From the NCBI GenBank assembly GCA_050273025.1, contig CP158635.1, positions 21,576,001-21,640,000 of the forward strand: a stretch of DNA of 64,000 nt, written 5' to 3'. This stretch comes from Cenococcum geophilum. Lineage: Eukaryota. A program made the position numbers and the translations under genes. The notes beneath the pieces are model-generated. The model saw nothing but the letters and a program-made list of their open reading frames with translations. It made no database searches and had not been told where the DNA came from. This document shows, piece after piece, positions 40,159 to 50,277 of this stretch (its first letter is position 1; each line of letters starts with the position of its first letter).

Positions 40159-42629
40159 ATGACTTTACCACCCTCTATATGGGAGCTACCTATGGGTGAG
40201 TACAAAGCGTGATCTTACCTTACTTATGTTTTATGGCTTGGCGCTGTTGGTCTAACAACCAAATAGAGCTCCTTGCCGTATGGCACAAGCACAGAATTCC
40301 CATCCTCTTATCCACAGTATCCCTGTTGGCCTTAGTACGCTTCGCAATATACCTTAGGCAGAGCAGGAAGAAACTGTCTGTATCACCAGTACCTGGTTCT
40401 CCAGCAGCAAAGAGCAATGACGTCAATAATTCCTGGTTGAATTCTGTGGCGGTTCCTCCAGAACCAATCGTGCAAGCCGATGATCATGCGGAGGATGTAA
40501 CAATTGTTGCAGGGTTGGATGCGAAACCAAAGAAAGGCCCTAAGAAAGTAACGGGGGCCAAGCTGCCGAGAAAAGCATCGAAGCAGCCTGCAGGATTCAA
40601 TCACACAACAGATCGGGTGCAGCCCCTTATATTCTTCTCGTCCCTCTCTGGCACGACGGAGAAATATGCCTCACAGCTCGCAGAAAATATTAGCTCTTGG
40701 GTCGAGAATTCCAAAAGCTCCTTGCCGCTCTGTAAACCCGAACTCTATGACCTTTCGTACATTGAGCACGATGACTATTTTATTACCCTTCCAAAAGTTG
40801 AACCCGACACCAAGTACTTCTATCTCGTTCTATTACCTACCTATAATATCGACACTGTACTGAGTACATTTCTTGAAAATCTGCAGGACACACACAATGA
40901 CTTCAGAATCGATACCGCCCCGCTATCTGGTCTACTGGGATACTCTGTGTTTGGATTCGGGGACAAAGAAGGTTGGCCTACTGAGGAGGAAGGATTCTGT
41001 TCCCAAGCTAGGGAGGTAGATAAATGGTTGGCAAGATTGACCGGGAGGAAGAGGGCATATCCTTTGGGCATGGGTGACGTGAAGAGCGATGCACGAGATA
41101 GGCTCAAGGAATGGCAGTTGGGCGTTCAGGAGGCGCTGACAGAGATTGCCTCTGGACGGGGTCTCGGTGAGGGTGCACCTGGTAGTGGGGATCCTGCTGA
41201 GAGTGGTGAAGAGGATGTTGACGAAATGGAAGACAGCAATGAAGAAGAAACCGCGCCTACAAAGAGACGGAAATCCCAAAAAGTGGCAAGGCTTGACGAT
41301 CTCGAAGATTTGGGCCGAATGGTTAACACTGACAGCCCACCCAGCCAAGTTCCTCTGGCAGTCGACTTCACTACATATAGTTCCCCAAAGTCAAGAACCC
41401 CTGTCTCTGCTCCACCGAAGGAAATGGTACCTACGACTTCTCCTACTTATGCAGCGCTCACAAAACAAGGCTACACAATCATTGGCTCACACTCAGGTGT
41501 GAAAATCTGTCGCTGGACTAAATCAGCCCTCCGTGGCCGAGGATCTTGCTACAAGTACTCTTTCTACGGCATCCAGTCTCATCTATGTATGGAAGCTACC
41601 CCATCCCTCTCCTGCAGCAATAAATGCGTCTTCTGCTGGCGCCACGGCACCAACCCAGTTGGCACAACATGGCGCTGGATCACCGACCCGCCTCAAGTAA
41701 TATTTGACGGGATCACGGCGGCACACTACAAAAAAATCAAAATGATGAAAGGCGTCCCCGGCGTCCGCGCCGAGCGGTTCTCCGAAGCCATGCGCATCCG
41801 GCACTGTGCCCTTAGCCTTGTCGGCGAGCCAATCTTCTACCCGCACATCAACGAGCTTGTCAACATCATGCACTCCAACCGCATCTCCACTTTCCTCGTC
41901 TGTAACGCACAACACCCCGCACAGCTCACCGCCCTGGTGCCCGTCACACAGCTCTACGTCTCCATCGATGCGAGCAATAAGGACAGCCTAAGGAAAATCG
42001 ACCGCCCACTGCACCGTGACTTCTGGGAGCGCTTCTGCGCATGCCTCGACATCCTGCGCGAGCGCCGCTTCGAGCAGCGCACCGTATTTCGGCTGACGCT
42101 CGTCAAGGGCTTCAATATGGCGGATGAAGCGCGCGGGTACGCGGAGCTGGTGCAGCGTGCCCTCCCGGCCTTCGTCGAGGTCAAGGGCGTCACATACTGC
42201 GGGACCAGCGCGGCGGGCAGCGCGGGGCTGACCATGCAGAACGTGCCGTTCTACGAGGAGGTCGCTGAGTTTGTGACGGCGCTGGCGAAGGAGCTCGCAG
42301 ACCGCGGCTTGCGCTACGGCATTGCCGCCGAGCATCAGCATAGCTGCTGCATCTTGCTGGCTGATGAGGAGAGATTCAGGAGGCAGGGGAGGTGGGCGAC
42401 GCGGATTGATTTTGAGCGCTTCTTCGACTTGTGGGAGGGGAAAGTAGCGGGGACGGGGGTCGATGGGAAGGGCTGGAGGCCAGAGGACTATGTGGGTGAG
42501 GATACGCCTGAGTGGGCGCTTTGGGGGAATGGTGGGTTTGATCCGAGGGATACGAGGGTGTGGAGGAAGGGGAAGGGGAAGAAAGCTCTTGAGGAGCCGG
42601 TAGAGGGGGCTGAGGGAGGGTGTGGATAA
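40159..42629 (+). CDS. TYW1: S-adenosyl-L-methionine-dependent tRNA 4-demethylwyosine synthase (flavodoxin + radical SAM)
   Basis: Flavodoxin motifs FFSSLSGTTE and YSVFGFGD; LTKQGYTIIGSHSGVKICRWTKSALRGRGSCYKYSFYGI; CxxxCxxC in CSNKCVFCWRHGTNPV; EVKGVTYCG; TPEWAL...GGFDPRD. Exon 1 is 40159-40195 and the intron is 40196-40266. Confidence 0.97.
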
Positions 42630-45420
42630 GAAGATTGCGCCTAGGTTATTGTATATTGCTGAAGGTGGGTTTGGGAAAGGTCTATGGAGTCGGTGCAAAC
42701 AATGTAGTCAATGTCTAGGTCAGGGTTGTTTTGGATAAATCTTATCGCGATAAAATGCAATAGATATCCTTATCGCGATAAAAATATCCATTGCGTCTTA
42801 TCGCAATAAGTCTTAGCATACCCCAAATAAATTTTTAGTCGCCCTCCTCCCCCTATTATCGTACAAAATATGGCTTTAGAAGTGGAATCAGAAGCTCTTA
42901 AATCTATTAATACCTTTAAATTAAAAAATACAAAAGGTTGCTTAGCTCTTTTAATATAGGAGCATACCTATTTACTAGGTAGTAATAAGCCCGTATAAAA
43001 TAAAAAAGCCTATCTTTTATTCTATTATAAACACTATATAGAGTTATATACTATATAGTTAACTTCTAACTTCCAAAACTACTTAGCGTTAAAGTATAGC
43101 ATTATAGTTAAGCCTAAAACTAGTTATATAAAAGAAGCAATACGGAATTAATTAAAAGACCTTTACCTTAAAGCGTTATCTTAAAATAAGACAGAAGAGC
43201 TAAATTTAATAATAATAATTCATTGCTTAACGTCCGATTTGGATCCCTATTAGGCCTACGCGGACTACTTCTTATATATATATAGGGAGAAAACTCTATT
43301 TAAGAAAACCCTATAATCTATCTCCCCGCCTTTTAGGACTCGCCTATAAGGCGCCTGCGAGTCACTAGTGGTGCTCCTACTACCTTATTTTTTAACCTCT
43401 TTAGGAACCACTGCTGCCGTAATAAGCCTACGGACGCGCTAGTATTATAAACTTTACTTTACTACTATAGAGTTATTAGGGGGCGCCTATTACTTACCCC
43501 CCCGCCCTTTATTATTATTTTCTTTATAACCTAGAACTAGGTTAGTATATTTTAGCTAATAAGCCACTAGGTAACCGCCTTAAGGCCTTTTTATATTAAG
43601 AGCAGTATCTTATAGTTCTCTATGCCAGCTACTAAGAGTATTATTTCTTAGTTAGTACGTAAGGGGCATAATAGTATTATATGTTTTAGTGTCTGTCTTA
43701 GCCAGCTATATTTATATCTTAGGCTACCTATTAGGATACCTACCTAGTAGAGCTAGTTTTTTAGTCCTATTATTCCTATTCTTAAGAGTGTTGCTATTAT
43801 ATTTTCTGCCTTTATTAGGCCTTCTTAGAGCTCTAAAGTGTTTACCCCCTATAGCGTTAACTATACTACGGCTTAGATTCCTCTTACTTTAGTTAGCCTC
43901 TATACCTTTAACTTCTATACGCCTCTCCAGTATTGTATTATAGTAGATGGTTTCCTAGCGTTCTTTTATGCTCTACTTTAGCTCCTTTTTTTTTCTTACT
44001 GTTATCTTTACTAGCCTCTTACGCGTCTTCCTTCCTCCTTTATATAGGCCTGGGCCCTAAAGCAGCGCTATTCTTCTTCTGCTTTCTTTACCTATTTCTC
44101 TAATATATCTTCCCTACTTTAGGGTTGTTAGTTTGTTCTCCTATAAGGCGCCCTAGGGTCCCTCTATAGTTTATTTAGGCGTATCTTAATATACTTTATA
44201 ATATTAAAGTTGCGTTCCTTTTATGCCCTTTATATTATAGTAGCTTTAATATATAGTTATAGGGGGCAAATATTAGCTTCCTTCTTAAGCAGTGCTGTAG
44301 CCGTTTACTTATATCCGCCTATTATACTTTAGAGGTAAGCTATTTGGACCTTTTAGAGTAGTTTAAAAAGCGATTTAGGGGGGCCTTTTTTAGATTCTCT
44401 AATGGCCTAAATACTGGACCTATACGTTATAGTTAGCCGGATAACTGCTATATATAGTAGGCGTGACCTCTAGAAGCATGGACCCTATATAGAGTTAACA
44501 ATCCTAGATAATACGATATACTATACTTAGCCCTTATAGGCCGCTTACGCCGTATATACGCTCTATTAGAGCTTACTATCTACCTATACTCCTAATACTC
44601 TTAGGCTCTAAACTAGTTAACCCCTAAAGCCTTAGATATAAATTATATACTAGAGATCTGTAGATTAGTTGCGTTTTCTTATAAAATAAATTAGCTAGTA
44701 TTTCTCTAGTAAGAATTGGACTTTATATCGTCTTGCCTATTTTATATAGGTATTATAAGCTTTCTCTAGTGTTCTATAATTCTCTATAGCTATTAGCCCG
44801 TATATAATTAGGTTTATATTATTAATGAAGCCTATCCCCTAGGTTGCCCCTTTTTTAAAGGAGTTAAGTAGGTTGCTTATAAAGAAAAGGAAGAGTATAG
44901 GCGAGAGGGGTAATCCTTATAGTATTCCTATTGCAACTGTAATAGGGGGGCTTTAGTATCTACTAAAGACTAATAATGTTTTTTTTTAACCTATAAACCC
45001 TTAAATAAATTATATAATCTATTCTAGGAAGCCTTTTACCCTAAGGATATATAAGAGACGCTTATGGGGTATATTATTATAGGCGCTATTAATATCTAGG
45101 CTAAGTATTAATACTATAAAGTCCTTTCGCATCGCCTATATAGATTTAATAGTGGTAGCGAGTAGCGTAAGTGCTAATAGTATTAAGCGGTTCTTTCTTG
45201 CCCCTATTTAGCTTTATAGTAGTAGGGCGTATTCCTTAGCCGTATCTACTATGCGATCCGCTATTACCCTTTCTAAGATCTTGCTAAGGGTATTCTTTAA
45301 GGCAATAGGGCGGTAGCTCTTTAGAAATAAGTAGTCTGCTTTACCTTCATCGGGAAAATATTCGCAGGATGAGATTCAAGTAGACTTTGATTTTCGCGTT
45401 TCGCGTAATTGACATGCAAT

Positions 45421-45650
45421 TTAACCAACTCGACACGCAATTGACCAACTTAACACGCATTTGACTAACTTAACACGCAATTTAACCAACTTAACACGCA
45501 ATTAACCAACTTAACACGTAATTCGACCAACTTAATACATAATTAACCAACTTAATACGTAATTCGACCAACTTAATACGCAATTAACTAACTTAACACG
45601 CAATTTAACTAACTTAACACGCAATTAACACGCAATTAACTAACTTAATA
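45421..45650. repeat. Minisatellite array 1: about 20-bp unit, about 11 copies
   Basis: Consensus ttgaccaactcgacacgcaa with RIP variants such as ttaaccaacttaacacgcaa. Confidence 0.9.
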
Positions 45651-45809
45651 TATTTAAAAGTTAAATAATACGCAGTTGACCTACTTAGCAACTTTAAAAG
45701 GTAACTGTATATTTCTTGACATGCAATTAAGGTAAAGTTATATGCTATATATTTAACTATTATATATTATCTAATATAATCTTATACAATCTTATATAGT
45801 CTTATTACT

Positions 45810-46258
45810 TAGAGGCTCTGCATGAGGCTCTGCACGAGGCTCTACACGAAGCTCTACACGAAGCTCTGCGTACAGAGGCTCTGCACGAAGCTCTGCGCAT
45901 AGAGGCTCTGCACGAAGCTCTGCGCATAGAGGCTCTGCACGAAGCTCTGCACGAAGCTCTGCACGAAGCTCTACATACAGAGGCTCTGCACGAGGCTCTG
46001 CGCGAGGCTCTGCGTACGGAGGCTCTGCACGAAGCTCTGCACGAAGCTCTGCACGAAGCTCTGCACGAGGCTCTGCGCGAAGCTCTGCGTACGGAGGCTC
46101 TACACGAAGCTCTGCACGAGGCTCTGCGCGAAGCTCTGCATACGGAGGCTCTACACGAAGCTCTACACGAAGCTCTATACGAAGCTCTACGTACAGAGGC
46201 TCTGCACAAGGCTCTGCGCGAAGCTCTGCGTACGGAGGCTCTACACGAAGCTCTGCAT
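45810..46258. repeat. Minisatellite array 2: mixed 12-bp and longer units, roughly 35 copies
   Basis: Core gaagctctgcac / gaggctctgcac interspersed with longer variants such as gaagctctgcgtacg. Confidence 0.92.
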
Positions 46259-46380
46259 CGGGTCCCCGCTATATTCCCGATAGCGTCTACACGTGTCTCT
46301 GCCTATGTAGCCGCCTTATTTTTTACCCTTCCTTCCTTCCTTACATCCTCCCTACCTAGGGAGGCACTAGAACGGCAGCC

Positions 46381-46950
46381 AGCAGAGGACCGTTGCTAGA
46401 ACTAGATGACTATCGCTAGAACCAGACGACCGTCGCCAGAACCAGACGACCGTCGCCAGAACCAGACGACCGTTACCAGAACCAGACGACCGTTACCAGA
46501 ACCAGACGACCGTCGCCAGAGCCAGACGACCGTCGCCAGAACCAGACGACCGTCGTCAGAGCCAGACGACTATCGCCAGAGCCAGACAACTGTCGCTAGA
46601 ACCAGACGACCGTCGCCAGAACCAGACGACCGTCGCCAGAACCAGACGACCGTCGCCAGAACCAGACGACTATCGCCAGAGCCAGACAACTGTCGCTAGA
46701 ACCAGACGACCGTCGCCAGAACCAGACGACCGTTACCAGAACCAGACGACCGTTACCAGAACCAGACGACCGTTACCAGAACCAGACGACCGTCGCCAGA
46801 ACCAGACGACCGTCTCCAGAGTCAGACGACTGTCGCCAAAACCAGACGACTGTCGCCAGAGCCAGACGACCGTCGCTAGAACCAGACGACCGTCTCCAGA
46901 GTCAGACGACCATCGCCAGAACCAGACGACTGTCGCCAGAGCCAGACGAC
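46381..46950. repeat. Minisatellite array 3: 20-bp unit, about 28 copies
   Basis: accagacgaccgtcgccaga in strict 20-bp phase, with internal dyad cgac-c-gtcg. Confidence 0.95.
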
Positions 46951-47007
46951 AACGACTAGCCAGCGAACACTATAAACGATTCGATCGATTGATCGAATCA
47001 AGGTAGC

Positions 47008-47265
47008 ACAGACAGGTAGGCACAAACAGGGAGATGCTGACGGGTAGGCAGATGCAGACAGGTAGGCAGATGCAGACAGGCAAGCAGATGCAGACAGGTA
47101 GGTAGATATAGACAGGTAAGCAGATACAGATAGGTAAGCAGATGCAGACAGGTAGGCAGATATAGATAGGTAAGCAGATACAGACAGGCAAGCAGATGCA
47201 GATAGGTAGGCGATGCAGACAGGTAGGCAATATAGACAGGTAGGCAATGTAGGCAGGTAGGTAAG
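47008..47265. repeat. Minisatellite array 4: about 18-bp unit, about 12 copies
   Basis: gacaggtaggcagatgca and RIP variants. Confidence 0.9.
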
Positions 47266-47870
47266 TCAATAGGTAGATAGGTAGAAGAGAACCATCGCTA
47301 TATTATATTAAATTATCTAAAATAATAATATTTATTTTGCTAGCCTTATAAATAGCTTTAAAGTAGCTTTTATTTATTTAAAATATGCTATTAGTATAAA
47401 AGAGGTAAATATAATTATAGTTACCAAATGCGCAGATTGCTGGCAGGTTGCGCGCAGGCTGCGCGCAGGCTGCGTATCAAAAAAACACGACATAGGCTAG
47501 TCGGTCGAGTTGCCAAATGACCTTAACTGCGCGCCAATTGCGTCAACCACCAACCATTGAGGCCATTGAAAGGGTACCATATTTTCCCGATGTTCTTTAT
47601 ATAGGATAAACGTTGTTATAGCTCTTCTAAGTCTTAGGTAGTAGCCTATTATAAAGTATACTTTAGCTATATCCGTAAGCTAAGGTGCTATTAGTGGTCC
47701 GTAGGTCTTTAGGGCTTTATTTAGGATCCTATCTAGTCCTAGTGCTATATTATTTAAAAGGCGGCTAATAATTCTAGTCATTTCTTTAGTTATTATATTG
47801 CTATTAACCCTTAGGCGAGTTACTAGTGCTTCGCCTATAATATTACTAAGGTCTGCTAAAGCTGGTTAAG

Positions 47871-49638
47871 GGTAGGTAGTTATATAGTAGAGTTTAATAT
47901 GCCTGCTTATTTAGGCCTCTACCTTAGTTTTTAAGTAGCTTTCCCTTACTAAGCCCTAGGGCCTAGGGCTTTCTATAAGCAGTTAGCTGCTACCACTAAT
48001 TAATGGGGAATTTCACTATTTTTTTTAGGTATCTTATAATGGGATTAGCCTAAGTACTAGACCGCCCCCTAGCGGTTTATATAAGAGTCTCCTCCTAGAG
48101 TTAGTACGCTTTTATACGGCTTAGGAGCCTTTTATAGCCTTTAGTTTTATACCTTTCTTTATTATTTCCGCCGGTATAGGTATAAGCTGCCGTTTCTAGG
48201 GGTTATAACTCCCTTCTTATATGCCTACTGGCGTAATCCTATAAGGGCGTTATGGCTGCATCCTGTAATATAGAAGCCTTAGGTACCTTTTACAATTAAG
48301 GCCTAGACTAAAAAAGCCTCTCTTACCTAAGTAACTTCTATTTACTCCTTAAGTATATCTTACTAGCGAGCCGCCCTAGAGGTAAACGGTTTTATCTATT
48401 AATATACTAATACGCGTATCCGTTCTCTTAAGCTATATAGTAGTCTTCTCCAGCTAGGACGTAATCTTATTTATATACTAGGTGCACTAGGGGTTAGAGC
48501 CTAGCTAAGGAGTAAGGTCCCTAGAGCTAGCAGTGGCTATTACGTACTACGCCCTATAGGAGGCTAGTAGTAATATAAGGGCGTAATACCCTATACACTA
48601 CTAGCTTCCATTTCGCGTTGCCTATAAAGGTCTCCCTATAATAGGCCGACCGTATCTTATAGGAGAGGGGTTATAGAAATACTAGGTCCTATACTAGACG
48701 ACCTACTCTCCCCTCTCCTACTAACTAAGCTTATGTCCCCCCCTTTTATAAGCTAGCCTATATCTCTAACTATTAAGTCCTTATCCGACTAGCCTGTATT
48801 TCCCTTATAGCCTCCCCTATATATATATATTGGGTTACGTGCACTACGCCTATTAAGACCCTTCTATAAGTCGCCTATAAGTCAACTATAAGTCGAGCGC
48901 CATGGGGCCGTCAAAGCTAGCCTGTGTTTCCCTGCCTAGAGCTTTGCCCGTATTTCCACCTCGTTAGGCCGTCTAGTCGCCGTCACGTCGCCATCACAGC
49001 GCCGTCGCGTCGCCGTCCCCTAGGTCGCGCGCACCACGCCTATTAAAACCCTCTTTTAAGTCACCTGATTATACTAAATACCAGATAGGCCCTTATAGAG
49101 GGGCCTTAATAAGTTCTTTAGGTAGGGCCTTAATAAGTTTTTTATGGTAGCCTTAGGGCCTTAATAAGTTTTATATAAAGTATCTACGACGCGTTAACCT
49201 TAACAAGTTCTTATAAAAGGAGGATCCCTACGCCCTTATCGCGCTTACTTCGCGATCTTAGAGCTAGTATAAGCCTAAGGGTGTCCTATTATACGCTTAG
49301 GACGCGTCTACGTTAACTAGCTAAATAAGGCCAGTTTTGGGCCTAGCTACGAGCCAGGTAGTTATATATTAGGCGGTTTTTATATCCCAGTTTCCCTTAA
49401 TAGGCCTCCCTAGATAGTAGAATAAGAGCTCTAAGCGGAGGTAGTAAGGCTCTTAGTGTTGTTAAGGGCGATACTTTGCACGCGTCGTGGGCTCATCACT
49501 ATAGAGTTAAACAACAGCGCTATACGCGCTGCAACGGCTCTCTACCATCGCCTCTGCACTTAGCTATTAAGAGGAATAGGATTCTAGATAATGTTTCTAC
49601 CTACGGCGATATAGACGCGTGTAGTAGGGTTTTGTGGG
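47871..49638 (-). repeat. Leader copy 2 (5' module of the chimeric insertion)
   Basis: Homologous to 21797-23541 and more heavily RIP-mutated. Fused directly to LINE sequence just upstream of RT. Confidence 0.9.
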
Positions 49639-50277
49639 CGAAGAGCTAAATTTAGAAGTACTTTAAGCGGTTCTAAATAAGGAAGTTATTAATAAGGCCC
49701 TTATTACATTAATTATTATATAAAACCTATTATTTTAGATAGTTAAGTGGCTAAAGTTTTATATTCTTCTATAGTTAATTAATTCTAAAGTAAAGAATAA
49801 GATGGAGACCACGTATTAGGAAATGGAGGTTCCTTTATAGGTAAGGCGCGCTCGCTTTTCTACCCCAGTTTGGCCAAGACCTAACCTCAACCTCGACTAT
49901 AAAAGGCCTTCTCCCTCGCTGCTTTTGCCCTTATGCTCTATCTCCTCTTTTCTTTCCCGCTACCGTGCCACCTCAGACTCTAGCTGTTAGCCATGAGGCA
50001 TTTTCCATCCCCTTAGCGTCTATGCAGGTGCTCTGCCCGCCTTCCCTAATCTCTGTATGTTTTATACTAACGATTACCTAGCGCTGTAACTCTTCGGCCT
50101 TTTCTATGGGATATATTTATACTCTCTCCTGGTATTAACGTATGCTTCGGTCCTACCGTATTTCTCCTTTTTTCTTTTTTCTCTCCTTTCCTCTTGCCCA
50201 CGTCCCCTACCGGAATAATATTTCCGTTTATCCTCTTCTTTACCTCCGCCTCTAGCAGTGTCTTAGGCGTAACTATA

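Larger units (their letters stand above)
45348..47592. mobile_element. Non-autonomous TIR DNA element (2245 bp) filled with minisatellite arrays
   Basis: Perfect 14-bp TIR CATCGGGAAAATAT (45348-45361 and 47579-47592) with TT on both sides. Removing the element plus one TT restores the LINE frame K-E-G-K-A-D. Confidence 0.88.
43209..49639 (-). mobile_element. Chimeric non-LTR retro-insertion: 1.77 kb leader plus 5'-truncated Tad1-like LINE (RT and downstream part)
   Basis: 15-bp TSD GAAGAGCTAAATTTA at 43194-43208 and 49640-49654. Minus-strand 3' end gacgttaagcaatgaa(tta)n. RT relics A.G.D.I.N.ALK (about 47720), KEGKADY...KSYRPIAL (45300-45350), LDI.SAY.N (about 45085), GI..G.PLSPILFL (about 44910), GFI(DD) (about 44825). 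Confidence 0.9.
42721..49815 (+). mobile_element. RIP-degraded hAT DNA transposon 5' part (pieces 42721-43208 and 49640-about 49815), split by the LINE chimera
   Basis: Starts CAGGGTTG with subterminal cttatcgcgataa repeats. BED-finger relic W.EHT...FY(C)KH(C)...TSNFQN(H)LA.K(H).I at about 42955-43105. The frame resumes after the TSD as EELNLEVL...ALITLIII.NL.F.IV.W..F.ILL.LIN. Confidence 0.7.

Noticed and set aside
40220..42698. Antisense ORFs over TYW1, including the 236-aa ORF at 41988-42698
   Set aside because: Shadows of the GC-rich TYW1 coding sequence.
46381..46950. CRISPR-like array (20-bp repeats with an internal dyad)
   Set aside because: The repeats are head-to-tail with no unique spacers, there are no cas genes, and the context is eukaryotic with introns and RIP.
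45805..47269. Repetitive ORFs (CRAS-, PEPDDRRQ-, SAYL- and CICLPV-repeat proteins)
   Set aside because: They are translations of minisatellites inside a TIR element, open on both strands and in several frames, with no sign of gene structure.
21797..49638. The two 1.75 kb direct repeats read as LTRs of a giant element carrying the gene island
   Set aside because: There are no TG..CA ends or shared TSD. Copy 2 belongs to its own TSD-bounded insertion within a hAT, and copy 1 abuts a Gypsy integrase.
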